A DNA stretch of 62,871 nt, counting the filler, from Licmophora abbreviata (lineage: Eukaryota): assembly GCA_900291995.1 (NCBI GenBank). It is 35 parts of 35 records of this genome, joined end to end, with 100 filler letters (N's around TTAATTAATTAA, not from the genome) between each part and the next. Parts side by side here need not be neighbours in the genome. Positions count along the whole stretch, not along the records: positions 1 to 1,807 come from OLMU01006495.1; positions 1,908 to 3,713 come from OLMU01006496.1; positions 3,814 to 5,612 come from OLMU01006497.1; positions 5,713 to 7,493 come from OLMU01006498.1; positions 7,594 to 9,384 come from OLMU01006499.1; positions 9,485 to 11,254 come from OLMU01006502.1; positions 11,355 to 13,124 come from OLMU01006503.1; 28 more parts are not named here. One strand, written 5' to 3'. Positions 1 to 12,025 of this stretch are shown here, in pieces. The position numbers and the translations under genes are program-made. Positions within the stretch are counted from its first letter, which is position 1. Each line of letters opens with the position of its first letter. Under the pieces are notes generated by a model. The model saw only the letters and a list, made by a program, of their open reading frames with translations. It did not search any database and was not told the origin of the DNA.

Positions 1-77
1 GGAGGCACACACTCTCCCAATTTTGGCGCTCACATCTTTCATGACATTTTGTTCTTTATGCTCTTCGGCGTCAACAG

Positions 78-1427
78 GCATTTGAAGAGGAACATCTTCA
101 TCGAAATTTCAAGCGAAAACGATAAGAAGCCCGAGGAATCCGAGTCGGAGGAGCCGGAACCTGAACCAGAGCCGGAGCCGGAGGAACCTGAACCCGAGCC
201 AGATCTTCCCGAACCGCGCGATGGATTCGATAGCTGCGTGGCTGGAAAGACTGTCACGCAGGAGGATGGCGTAGTGGAAGTCACTTTTACTTTGAGATTG
301 AAACTGAGGGAGAGCTTCCTGAAAAATTTGAAGAAATCGTCTGCAAGCGCATGGAACAAGAGATCACTGGGGGTGTTTACGATGACGTCTGTACGGATCG
401 TCGTCTTGTTCAACGTCGGCTTGGAGTCACTATCAATGGTGTTGGACAGCAAATGGAGTGTGAAGTGACTGGATCTTGCGATCCCGATAGAGAAAAGGGA
501 TCGGATACCTGCACTGTATTCAAGGGGACTGTCGTAATTTCGTATGAAGATGACGAGGACTCTGGCGCATCCGCCGGGCGTGGCTTAACGACACCTCAAG
601 GGGATGTCGAAGATAAAGTCCTTCCTGTGATCAAAGATGCGATTGAAGATCCGGGAACTGAATGGAATCTTGACAGGGACTTGGAAGGCGGCGGCGTGGA
701 TGTGACCGAGGCAACGTACACTGGACGAGATGGCGAAGTCATCACTGGCTTTCAAGGGGATGAGTTCGTAGCTAAAGAAGGAGGGGGGCTCAACGCGGCT
801 GGAAAAATTGCGGTGACGTGCATGGTTTTTCTCTGCCTTGTTCTTCTCCTCTTGTGCTGCTTGTGGAGACGCGAGCTTCGGCGAACACGATCCCCTGGAA
901 AAGATGCGAAGTCGGAAGGAGAAACGTTCAATAGTGCGTACATGGAGGACGAGGACAGCTACCTGACTTCGGACTTCAACAATCTCGGATTGCATCACAG
1001 CAAGCTCGATGTTCACGAGTGCACGTCCGCAACCTGCCGAGTATGCATGGCCCGACGAACGGAAGCGTCGCCACCCGTCGTTCAATTTGTTTCTGCCAAA
1101 GGACGGGTGCCCCTTCCGACACGCACGATCGCGATCGAAGGGATGCCGTCTCTACCAGCTGGCGTCCCAGAAACAATCGAGGAGGAGTCCGACGAGGGTA
1201 CACTTGATTCCACCGCAGAAGACCTCGCTTCTGCAAAGCAAGAGATGAGAGAATCCCCTCTAAATGTCGATCTTCTTTTGGAAGAAGGCCCTCGAAGTGT
1301 ACGTAGGGATCGGAAGTTTGGATGGTCACGATTCGGACGAGGGAAACAGCCTGGTCCTTACGATGAGGTCATCGTAGACGGATCCCGTCATAACGGAGAG
1401 GAGTCGATCGAAGTAGCAGAGATCTAG
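78..1427 (+). CDS. Diatom-type single-pass membrane protein, 3' exon, with a probable 1-nt frameshift near 285-288
   Basis: Acceptor tcaacag ends at 77; EPEPEP tract; adding one T gives VTFYFEIETEG and joins the 49.. frame to the 351..1427 frame; TM segment IAVTCMVFLCLVLLLLCCLW followed by RR; cytosolic DVHECTSATCRVC motif. Confidence 0.7.
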
Positions 1428-1807
1428 TGAGCGATATGGCACGTGGGGACTCACCCTTGGAATGCCACAATGAGCGAACAGGAAACACATTATGTTTAGC
1501 GATCTTTCATGTACAGCTATATATTAGACAAGGCCATTGAGAAAAGGAAAAAGAGTGCCTTTTGCGAAGCGGCTTCTGTTTTTTTCCTTTTTTCCAACAG
1601 ATATCCCACGTCCGTCAGTCCCCCGTGCGCCCATGTTGATGCGTGTGATTGCGCGTTTTGCTGTGATGTTGAATGTGATGATGGGTGATGTGTTAGTGCT
1701 GTGTGTGTATTGAACCCTCACTGCGTGTGGAGCATTACCAAATGGCTTTGTTCGAACCATGTGATCGGCAATCTAGGAAGTTCCATAATATGTGTCGAAG
1801 TTTCTAT

Positions 1808-1907
1808 NNNNNNNNNNNNNNNNNNNNNNNNNNNNNNNNNNNNNNNNNNNNTTAATTAATTAANNNNNNNNNNNNNNNNNNNNNNNNNNNNNNNNNNNNN
1901 NNNNNNN
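1808..1907. other. Artificial contig spacer (first of 34 identical copies; the last is 61163-61262)
   Basis: N44-TTAATTAATTAA-N44 recurs every 1.7-1.9 kb; it has stops in all six frames and the flanking sequences are unrelated. Confidence 0.99.
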
Positions 1908-2044
1908 GAGCTTAGTGTACACAACACACATCACACAAAGACAAAAACAACGCTACTACTACGGTACTAGTATACTAGCTATCACCAAGACAAAGCACCT
2001 GCAGAGCACATACTCGTCTTTGAAGAGAAGATTCCAAGGTATGA

Positions 2045-2420
2045 CAAAACAATGATCATGACAAGGAGACATCGATCATGACATGACAATGACCACGACA
2101 TGACAATGATTACGACAAGACAATGATCATGACATGACAACAATCACGACATGATGACAACGATCATGACAAGACAATGATCATGACATGACAGCGATCA
2201 TGACAAGACAATGATCCTGACATGACAACGATCATGACAAGACAATGATCATGACATGAAAATGATCACGACAAGACACAGCCAATGATCATGGCAAGAC
2301 AATGATCATGACAAGAGAAGAATGGTGAGACAATGACAAGACATGATTGACGAGACAATGCCAAGATATTGACAAGACGAGACAATGACAATGACAAGGC
2401 AGGCAATGACAAGAAGACAG
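2045..2420 (+). repeat. 17-bp tandem satellite with alternating A/B monomers (34-bp higher-order unit)
   Basis: GACAATGATCATGACAT alternates with GACAACGATCATGACAA, clearest at about 2155-2277 and degenerate on both flanks. Confidence 0.85.
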
Positions 2421-3813
2421 TATGTCAAAGAGGACATGACAAGCATCATCAAGAGTGAGCTAGTAGTTAGTAGCCTCCAAGATCAATACTAACTCTACTA
2501 GTAGTTGTAGCTGGCTAGCATTACTAGTAAAGATATGGCATACCAAACCAACATAATAAAACACCAAGACAGACACGATCAAGGCATGACACCACGGGAC
2601 ACGACGCCATATAACTAGCACGCCAAGACACCACACTGGGGAACCACCCAAAGACTGCTACATGGATAGCTACACGGCGCACCAATAGCTATTTGAATTC
2701 ATAGTTTGCACATGACATCAGCGTTTGCTTGAGTGTTTGCAAAAGATGTTATTCCTGTCTCTGAGTTCGTACATGACATCAGCTTTGCCAGGGTGTTCTC
2801 ATTTGACAATGTGGATGACGCGGCTTGTCGACAAAAGTACAGCAATTTCCTACCCATTTTGCGGATAGAGGAAGTGGTGCAAATGAGGTGCAAAACTACA
2901 CAGATTTTGGTAGGATTTTGCGTAGCTGCCGACACAACTTTGGTGCGCAATAGTGCAAAGGGGCCTGGGGGCCCTAGGGACGACCAACGCGTGTGGCTGG
3001 TTCCTGCTGTTTGGTTGCGTTTCCACCGTCCGTCCCCCCTCCGTCCACCGGGTGACTCGTGTTCAGACAAGCTGACAGACGGTAAGCAAACCACAGCGGG
3101 GGTCGACTCTAGGTTTCGACCGTCCGTCGCCCCTTCCATCCAACCAAATACTTCCACGTGGGGACATACCGGTTTTAGGTCGTAGCTTAATCGAGACGCG
3201 AACACCTGGATTGAATTTCTTTCATGAATAAAGTTTTAGAAAATCACCGCCAAGTTTTTGCCATCGTACAGTTGTACTGCCGAAGTATACCGCTGTACCA
3301 ATTGCGTACAAACTCTTACGTACACGGCACATAGCCTATTAAACATGCTCCAGAACCAAACCTTTGAAAGCGTTGGTCGAAAGGGTTGAGTGATTGGTCT
3401 AGAGAAGCCCAAAGATAAAAGTGTGAAGTCATCACAGCTGTCATGTCGATTTTCGCTTACTACGAGTTCGCTAACAATTGAAAAAATTGGAAATCTCGAG
3501 GAAATATTTACCAGGTTCTACGTGAAACGCCGTAGAATGACAATGACTGTCGTCGAGATGGAATTTCTGCTGTGCTTGTTAAAAAGGGTAAAAGAGCTAC
3601 TTAACGAAAGCTGAGATTCAGCTTGAAGCTCCTGTGACGTGGAATCAAGCTTACGTAAAGTGGTATGACACAACATTATGTGTGACGTAGTTATGATAGT
3701 ACAACAAGTGTATNNNNNNNNNNNNNNNNNNNNNNNNNNNNNNNNNNNNNNNNNNNNTTAATTAATTAANNNNNNNNNNNNNNNNNNNNNNNNNNNNNNN
3801 NNNNNNNNNNNNN

Positions 3814-4484
3814 TTGGGTTCGGCGATATGCACATCTCCCAGCATCGCATAGGACGCGGTGACGCCCCCCGTCGTGGGATGGGTCAGCACCACGATATAG
3901 GGCAATCCCGCCTCTTTCAGCATCTGGATCGCCACCGTGCTGCGCGGCATCTGCATCAGGCTCAGGATCCCTTCCTGCATCCGGGCGCCGCCTGCGGCGG
4001 AAAACAGGATCAGCGGGCGGTTCATCTTCACCGCTTCCTGCGCGGCGGCGATGATGGCATTGCCCACATACATCCCCATCGAGCCCCCCATGAAGCTGAA
4101 ATCCTGCGCCGCCGCCACGATCGGCGTGCGGCCCATCTCGCCATGGGCGACCAGCATGGCCTCTTTCTCGCCGGTGGATTTCTGCGCGGCTTTCATGCGG
4201 TCGGGATATTTCTTCTGGTCGCGGAACTGCAGCGGATCGGCGACCGGCGCAGGCACCGCGATCTCCGAGAAAATCCCGCCGTCGAACAGCGCCTTGAACC
4301 GGTCGCGCGGGCTGATCGGCATGTGATGGCCGCAATTGGTGCAGACGTTCAGATTGTCGCTCAATTCGCGGTGAAACAGCATGGTGCCGCAGTCATCGCA
4401 TTTGGACCACAGGTTCTCGGGCATCTCGCGCCGCGAGAAGATCGAGTTGATGCGCGGGCGCACGTAATTCGTGATCCAGTTCAT
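3814..4484 (-). CDS. accD: Acetyl-CoA carboxylase carboxyltransferase beta subunit (bacterial, 3'-truncated)
   Basis: [11 protein letters not shown]-terminus, C4 zinc finger (CDDC...CTNC), [24 protein letters not shown]. Confidence 0.97.
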
Positions 4485-4544
4485 GCGGCGTGATCCCTTG
4501 TTGCCTCGCTGCCTTCAGATAATGGGCTGATGCGTGAAATGCAA

Positions 4545-5432
4545 TCAGCAGCGCATCGCGACCCGCGCCGCCAGCCAGCTGCACGTCAGCATCATCAGGT
4601 CGATGGGAAACCACTGCCACAGCACGTCGTCATCGCTTAAGGAGAAGGGATAGACATACAGCGCCAGCCCATCGAAATTGCCCCCCGGCGCCGCGATCAG
4701 CACCGCGCCAAAATTGTTCACCAGATGCAGCGCGATCGCCGGTCCAAGCGTGCCCGACCGCGCCGTGAGATCCGCCGCCGCCAGCCCGAAGCCAAAGGCC
4801 CAAGCCACCACCAGCCAGGTGCTCGCGCCGTTTGTCACCGGATCGAAATGCAGCATCGCGAAAAGCGCCGACGGCACCCCCATCCAGACCGCCGGACGGT
4901 TGACCCACGCCGCAAACTGACTTTGCAGATAGCCGCGAAAGACGATCTCTTCGGCGCTGGTCTGGATCACCAGTCCGATCAGCCCCAGAGGCAGCAACAA
5001 AAGCCAGCGCCCGAAGGGCATGTTGGGCTGGGGGGCAATGCTGGCGTCGCCCGGCAGCAGCATGACCACCGCGAACAGCATCAGCAGTGCCACCGTCACC
5101 TGCCGGAATTGCCGCAGCGCCAGCGCGGGCGGCCCGATCAGCTCGCGCAGCCTGCGCCGGTGCAGCACCGTCAGTGTGATCGCCAGCGCCACGATCAGCA
5201 GCCCGAACAGGAACAGGTTGATGAGCACACCCGCCGGCGTTGCGCCCCGCATCATCCCATCGGCCAGCCTGTCCCACGCCTCGGGGCCGATCACCGCACG
5301 ATAGAGCCGCGACCAAAGCTGGCTAAAGCTGATGAACAGCACCGCCGTCAGCACAACTCCGGCCAAAAGCCGCAAGGGATGCGCCGAGGGCCGCGCCGGG
5401 GCGACAAGCTGTTCATGGGGCTCATAGCTCAT
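4545..5432 (-). CDS. CPBP-family intramembrane glutamic endopeptidase (bacterial)
   Basis: EEIVFRGY, FAMLH and HLVNN motifs; multi-pass hydrophobic; directly upstream of accD. Confidence 0.9.
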   Translation of the reverse strand: MSYEPHEQLVAPARPSAHPLRLLAGVVLTAVLFISFSQLWSRLYRAVIGPEAWDRLADGMMRGATPAGVLINLFLFGLLIVALAITLTVLHRRRLRELIGPPALALRQFRQVTVALLMLFAVVMLLPGDASIAPQPNMPFGRWLLLLPLGLIGLVIQTSAEEIVFRGYLQSQFAAWVNRPAVWMGVPSALFAMLHFDPVTNGASTWLVVAWAFGFGLAAADLTARSGTLGPAIALHLVNNFGAVLIAAPGGNFDGLALYVYPFSLSDDDVLWQWFPIDLMMLTCSWLAARVAMRC

Positions 5433-5561
5433 GTGTCGAAGCTAAAGCATCGCAGGACCGCGCGAAACCGTCATCGCGGCACATGCCGGGGCGCCAAGTC
5501 GCCCTTGTCCAGCGATCCCGCGTCACTTAAACCGGGTGGCAACATTCTCCGGGAGGCCTTG

Positions 5562-5612
5562 ATGACCAAATTCGACAAATCCAAACTGCCCAGCCGTTAC
5601 GTGACCGAAGGA
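5562..5612 (+). CDS. ilvD: Dihydroxy-acid dehydratase, N-terminal fragment (bacterial)
   Basis: GGAGG RBS at 5552-5556, then MTKFDKSKLPSRYVTEG, which resembles the alphaproteobacterial IlvD start. Confidence 0.75.
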
Positions 5613-6501
5613 NNNNNNNNNNNNNNNNNNNNNNNNNNNNNNNNNNNNNNNNNNNNTTAATTAATTAANNNNNNNNNNNNNNNNNNNNNNNNNNNNNNNN
5701 NNNNNNNNNNNNGACTGTGTTGTAGACTTCAGAGGAAAGGCACAACTGACACCACCGGAACTCGTCGCGGCATGTGTTCCGAAAGGACGGAACGCCACCG
5801 CACCTTTTTGGAGGCCTTGGATACCCAGGAAAAACGCCACACTCCCTCCGAAGATACTTGATCTACCGGAACATCGTCGACCGTTGGTCATATTTCTTGT
5901 CGAAAGATGGTCATGTACAGTGCCGTTGTTGACCGCCATGGTGTGCTGACGAGGACGAATCATACTCTTTCTTCTCGCGAATTGTGAGAAAGTGAAGCCG
6001 GCCAGGCGCGACCACGTCATCATATTGATCAGTCTGTACGCCCTACGTGCAGCTTTTCTGGGAAGAGACCCGGACAACCTATGAACTTCAGTCGGCAGCG
6101 TCTACCGGTAGCGGTAAAACGTCATATTCGTACGAGTATAGTAGGTCGACAGCAAGGACCTGGTACTGGTTGCACTGGTAGGTACCCGAAGGTAACTCGA
6201 TCGATGAGACTCTTAGGTACATGAGATGTAACTCTACCTGCCAAGAAATAGCATCAGAGAGACACAGTGACATGCGCCTTGCCGTAGGTAGCTACTACCG
6301 GTGTGACTGGAGTGAGTTGAGTCGCTCGAGCATCTTTCGTCGAAGAATCGAGCACCTGGCTTGAAAAGTTGAAACTAGTGCCGCGAGCAATAGCGCAAGA
6401 ACTGCTAACTTCTAAAACAAGAGAATATAAGCCACTCGATGCAGACGAATTCTATAAACGCTACGACAGAGGAACGGAACCGGCTAACTTCGGTCCGGAC
6501 G

Positions 6502-7035
6502 TCATCGGCAGAATGAAAGGCACCTTCGGCACAGATACATGACTCGCCTCCCCATCACAAATACTGCAAAAGACGAGCCCTGCCATGCATCGCATGTTCC
6601 TCTAGCAAAAGAGCTTCCATGACATTTGAGCAGTCTCCAAAACAACAAAATGTCCGTCGTTCCGAGTAGAGCGATCCACGCGTAGAGTCGATGTCGTTTT
6701 CGACGATTCTTGGACGCTAAATCTGCTAGCTCCTTGCGGGCCTTTTCAGTCGTCGAGCGCATTTCCCAAACATCATCATGGGCACCTTGCAGCTGATGGC
6801 GCTGCGTGTGTAGTTGCGAAAGGACAGTGGCAGCTGTGCCTTCTGCTGCATAGTGTGTCTTCACGGTATCGTGCAAGACGTTCGTTTGCTGCTCTGCGTA
6901 CGTCGGGGTTCCCCCGATAGGGGCCGTTGGTGGCGTATAGCTGCTTTGTTGATATGACTGGTATCGATTGTTGAGCGTACCGCTGTTGCCACTCGAGGGA
7001 CGTGATCCTGACGATTGTCCACCGGATCCGTACAT
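6502..7035 (-). CDS. SNARE-like tail-anchored protein
   Basis: Heptad coil (LSQLHTQRHQLQGAHDDVWEMRSTTEKARKEL), basic patch, C-terminal TM; the true stop is probably near 6602 if a T was lost (CHGSFFC*). Confidence 0.6.
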   Translation of the reverse strand: MYGSGGQSSGSRPSSGNSGTLNNRYQSYQQSSYTPPTAPIGGTPTYAEQQTNVLHDTVKTHYAAEGTAATVLSQLHTQRHQLQGAHDDVWEMRSTTEKARKELADLASKNRRKRHRLYAWIALLGTTDILLFWRLLKCHGSSFARGTCDAWQGSSFAVFVMGRRVMYLCRRCLSFCR

Positions 7036-7827
7036 TTGGCGATATCTCTGTTTCCTTTCTTGCTTTAAATCCAATCTTCCCCTTCGATACTTTCAGTGAT
7101 GTGTTGCTTTTGTTGGGCTTCCAATGATTATGAAGAGGCAACGGGGAAAAGACGGAAAGAATCGCGGCGCAGTGTCTCTCGTCATTGTGCTCGGCCACAC
7201 TACGAGCTACGAGTTCCACGCACAAACGCCTTAAAACAGAGGGAGAGAGTTCGAACATCGTCGACAGACGAGAGACTTGGATGGGTGTTGGTTGGACTCC
7301 ATTCACATATCTCCAGGATTGTGGCGAGCTGATATACAATGAAACAGCGACAGGTTATCTAGAGACAGTCAAAAGTTGAGTATCGTGTGGTAGAGGGGAC
7401 GTCACGCACTCGCAGGGACAGAAATCTGAAATCTGGCTAGGATTGTCACTTCCTATTACGATATGGAGGTGAAGGACTTGATTCTTGTCGAAGNNNNNNN
7501 NNNNNNNNNNNNNNNNNNNNNNNNNNNNNNNNNNNNNTTAATTAATTAANNNNNNNNNNNNNNNNNNNNNNNNNNNNNNNNNNNNNNNNNNNNCAATGCT
7601 TTCGCGTTCACGTAGAATCGTACGTGGAACTAGTACACACCGCGAGCTGGCAGAGACGGCCGCCGGTCGAAATCGAGGTTGAAAAATTTCGACTGGGACT
7701 TCACCAGTCCATCTGTATCACTGTTGCACGGCTGCACGGCTTCGTTTCCGTTGGTCTCACACTTTTGATTTTAGTCCACACGACAGCCTCCTTTCTGCTC
7801 TCCATGCACATCCAGCACCTGCCTCCC

Positions 7828-9054
7828 ATGTCCATCAAGACCATTGTCGAAAGAGACGTCGAGATGGCTTCGTTGCTGCCCAAAACAATCGCCGACACGG
7901 ACGAGCCGGCTGCCGTTACGCCAGACCGTCATCCCGGTACAAGCGGAAGTCCTTCCAAGACGGAGCCTCATGGCCATTCACCCGCTCACTCTTCCAAAAT
8001 ATTAACATCCTGTGCCATGTACAGCTTCTGCAGTGTCAGCATGGTCCTTACCAACAAGAGTCTCGCGTCAAGGTGAGTAACATAGTACTAACCTGGTACA
8101 GTACCGTAATTTGGCCGAGCGTCCACTGTAACGACTGCATTGTGAGTATGCACGAGACGCAACCCCCACTCACACAGCATATCGTCTTTCCCTTGATGCA
8201 GTTACAATCACTTGTTCGAAGGAGACTTGAATATTCTGCTTGTCGTCTTTCAGGCGATCGTCGCCGTCGTTTGTGTCGAGTGCTGCAAGTTTTTGAAGCT
8301 AGTCGAGTATCCCGAGTTCAACATGCGGACCGCACGAGCCTGGGCCCCAGTCAATCTCTTGTTTTGTTCTATGCTCTTTACCGGCATGGCATCATTGCAG
8401 TACAACAGTGTTCCCATGGTGACGATCTTTAAGAATGTCACCAATATCGCCGTGACGATCGGTGACTACTACTGCTTTGGAACGTCTTCCGAGTGGCTTG
8501 TCATTTTGGCGTTTGGAGTCATGCTCAGTGGCGCCGTGGCGGCGGCATGGAACGATATTGCGGTCAGTACGGTGGGCGTCTTCTGGATGGCCATGAACTG
8601 TCTGAGCACTGCTGGATACGTGCTCTACATGAAGTTTGCGACGAAGCATGTCAAGCTGTCCAAATTTGGCATGGTCTTCTACAACAACGTCCTGTGTACG
8701 TTGTTTCTCCTTCCCGTGGCCATATTCATGGGTGAAACGACGCTATTTCTACAGACAGACTCGCTTCATACTATGGACTACTTTGTCAAGAATCTATTTG
8801 CGGGGTTCATTGGATTCTTTCTCAACTTTGCGAGTCTCAACTGCGTTAGTGTCACTGGGCCGACGACGTATGCCATTGTGGGGTCTCTAAACAAGGTGCC
8901 GGTGGCAATTTTGGGATATCTGTGGTTTGACAATGTCATTACGAGCCAAACATGGTTCTTCATCGGAGTCAGTATGTGCGGTGGCTTCTTGTACTCATTT
9001 GCTAAGATACAAACGAGTTGGAGAAAGGTTGGGGTGACTCGAAGCAAAAAGTGA
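7828..9054 (+). CDS. Golgi GDP-mannose/nucleotide-sugar transporter (VRG4/GONST-like), intron 8073-8201
   Basis: SMVLTNK, TIFKNVTNI, MVFYNN and GPTTYAIVGSLNKVP motifs; the GTGAGT...GCAG intron restores the frame (SLAS/SYNHLF). Confidence 0.9.
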
Positions 9055-10318
9055 ATGTGACTGTCGATCGATCGGGAAAGCGGTGACAGCCGGTATTGTG
9101 AGCGAGCGTAAACGAACTTTCTAGAAAGCTATAGAGATACGTTGTTTGTTCCAAGAATAGATTTGGATCTTAGCTGTGAGCTTGGGTATCACGCCTCGCA
9201 GTTGAACGTCAATGAAACAGCAGGATTAACTTTTGTACAAAGATGACGTGATTCGATTCGATTCGCGTGAAGTTGATCATCGACCGCCCCGCGCGCGTTC
9301 AAAAGGATAACGTGTGGTCGAGCTCTCCTATACAATAGCAAGCATAATACTTCGTACACATACCAACACAAACACTCACATCCGNNNNNNNNNNNNNNNN
9401 NNNNNNNNNNNNNNNNNNNNNNNNNNNNTTAATTAATTAANNNNNNNNNNNNNNNNNNNNNNNNNNNNNNNNNNNNNNNNNNNNCTATGTAAAACTGCTA
9501 TTGTACGAGCATATTTTTACCTTTACATTTGACAGTATCATTGGCATTTTAAGGCATACCAATTGCCAAATACTTATTGATAAATACTTTCTATATCATT
9601 TAACGTTTTAAATGACCTGACTCGACGGAGACATGCAATGTGTATTTTTTGTAATCGGATATGTAAACATAATATAGATTCCGATGAGTCATATTGCGGA
9701 CATTCTTTTTGTGGTCCTATCCGATTGGGACTGTTGTTGTCAGTGACAAGTGAACGCATAAAAGGCGATGATGGCGTGATGGCTACGACGAAGTGCATTT
9801 CGCGTCGGCTCGGTGCTATCGGTTTATCATAATCTATTTGTGTACGCGTTGTCGTACTTATCGACAGTATTTGCGTGGTTCCACCTTTTGCCATCATCGC
9901 AAGATTGTTTGACCGGAAACTCAGCCTCAGATTTGCTTGGTTTTTGGGCTCCCAGTCGAATCATAGTCGAATCATATAAAAATACGCTTCCTTGCCTCGA
10001 AACACCTTGTGGAGTGATCTCAAAGTCAATCGCGACACTGTTCATTGCCAATGTCGACGACAAAAGCGGTTCAAATCGAGTGAAGCTTTTGTGCAGTGTG
10101 GCATTCCTCAATCCATTACGCTCAAATTCAAGTCCATCCAAGCCAGCAGCTGCAGCTCAACGCGAAGCCTATACAGTGGCGAAAGAACTCAACTTTGCTC
10201 TCCGTATGAGCTGAAGACGAACCGTCTCAACGCGTGAATGCTAGTTTACAATAGAATGGATACAGCGGTCGATTGGTCTTGATTGTTCTTTGCCGAGAAG
10301 TACGTCTCACGGTTGCGA

Positions 10319-11254
10319 TCAATGACGTTTCCAGAGGAACAAGAACGGCTGGTTCTTCGTTTCCCCAGTAGTGGTCGCCAGCCGATTGACGCTGCCCCAA
10401 GACTGACCGTTCCACAACAGAAAGTTGGCGTCTTTGCCCGAGTCCTGCACTGACAGCATGATGTCGTCTCCGTAAGGTGCAGTCGACAACCTCATTGAGT
10501 TTGGAGTGTTTCCAAGACTGGGGCCATACTGCTCATTTGACCAGGATCCGCCCGACCATGTCCTGTAGCGGAGCGTACTGCTGCTCTCTGCGTAGGTTGC
10601 CAACGCATGACCCGAAGAAGCTTCAAAGGCGACGGCGACGCCAGGATAGTTTGATACTGGCGACCCAGATGAGACTTCAATCATGGACTCCCACGAAAAC
10701 CCGTTCCAGACTCCCAGCCAGATGTCTTGACTACTGAAGGTACTGACTCCCAAAGCAATGCGGTTGCTCGATGGGTCCGCACCGAGTGTCGTCCATCGCA
10801 CATTCCGCTGGCCCACTCGGCGGGGGAATATATGCCTCGGAGCTCCAGTTCGATCCGTCCCATACCCGACATCCGTGCGGAAGATGATTGTTCACCATAC
10901 ACTACAAGCGCTCGACCGCTTATTTGTTCATATGCGACACTGACGTCGATCTTATCCCCGTAAGGACTTCCGTTGAGGTTTACGGCATTGCCCCAAGTAG
11001 AGCCGCTCCACACGATTGCATAGTCGTGGCTAGAGCTCGTACTGACGATCAGGACCATCTCATCGGAGGTCGGGCTCGCCTCAAGCTGCATCTGTTTTGG
11101 CTCGCCTGAGACTGGTGCCGAGATAGTGCCCTCCGAACTCCAAGAGGAGCCGTCCCACGTTCGGTACGAAATACCCTTGGTGCCTGATGATCTGTTGTTC
11201 CATACGAGCAAAGCTCTACCACTGTTGGACTCGTATCGGACATCGAAGCCCCAC
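10319..11254 (-). CDS. Repeat (beta-propeller-like) protein C-terminus with WxGxxW repeats, frameshifted near 10800-10880
   Basis: Repeated units YE-SGRAL-V and YRTWDGSSWS / WNGFSW / WNGQSW; the reading frame switches between ORFs 10681..11211 and 10319..10816. Confidence 0.7.
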
Positions 11255-12025
11255 NNNNNNNNNNNNNNNNNNNNNNNNNNNNNNNNNNNNNNNNNNNNTT
11301 AATTAATTAANNNNNNNNNNNNNNNNNNNNNNNNNNNNNNNNNNNNNNNNNNNNCGCGAAAAGACTTTGGTACGATGATTCCGACCACTATCGTCTATTG
11401 CGCGATCACCCGACAGAATATCATGCTGCAGTGGACAAGCCTTGGAGGCTGCCATTCGACCAAGCCATGGGACTGAAGGAACGAATACGGGTACCATCAT
11501 GGAATCGTAATCCGTGAACGGGCACAAGCGAGCAACTGTTGACGCGATGAGAGTGTGAGGATAGCCAACGACGATGAGTGCCTGTTCGCGTGTGCGCCGA
11601 CAGATGTGTTTCTCGCTCCGTTCGGTCACGCTTTATTGTTAGCATCGCTTCGGTGCAACGATCGGGGGTGAAGAGGCTACCTTCGCGCTCCACGCTTGCG
11701 GAAACGATAGCCTTTCCTAATGTTGAAGACTTTCCAATATGCTTCGCTCTGGCTGCTACGTTCAAGATTTTCTCTGTCGTTTTGGAGCTATTGTAGAAAT
11801 ATGCACCACCAGTACTGAACAGTGTCGGGACGATACGCTCATGAGCCCACAAACGTGAAAGACCCAACACTAAGATACAGCAAGCAGACGAGAGTTCTTG
11901 CCGGACTAACTCCAACAGAACATTCTGTTCTAGCACAATGCCATTTCACACAAATTCGAGCTTGACGCATCTCCAAGCAAGGAAAGATGCCAATGTAAGC
12001 ATGGCTGGATTGTAACACAGGTATC

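Noticed and set aside
2045..2420. 17-bp repeats as a CRISPR array
   Set aside because: The units are directly tandem with no unique spacers, and no cas genes are present.
3814..5612. Bacterial genes as horizontal transfers into the eukaryote
   Set aside because: Each bacterial contig is bacterial from end to end with no host junction; co-cultured DNA is the simpler explanation.
5713..5940. Possible plastid-targeted protein N-terminus on the minus strand
   Set aside because: Only a short leader-like stretch remains before the contig end, too little to support a call.
9485..10230. ORFs at 9574-10237 (and the similar one at 11421-11936)
   Set aside because: They are short, overlap on both strands and have no recognisable domain or splice support.
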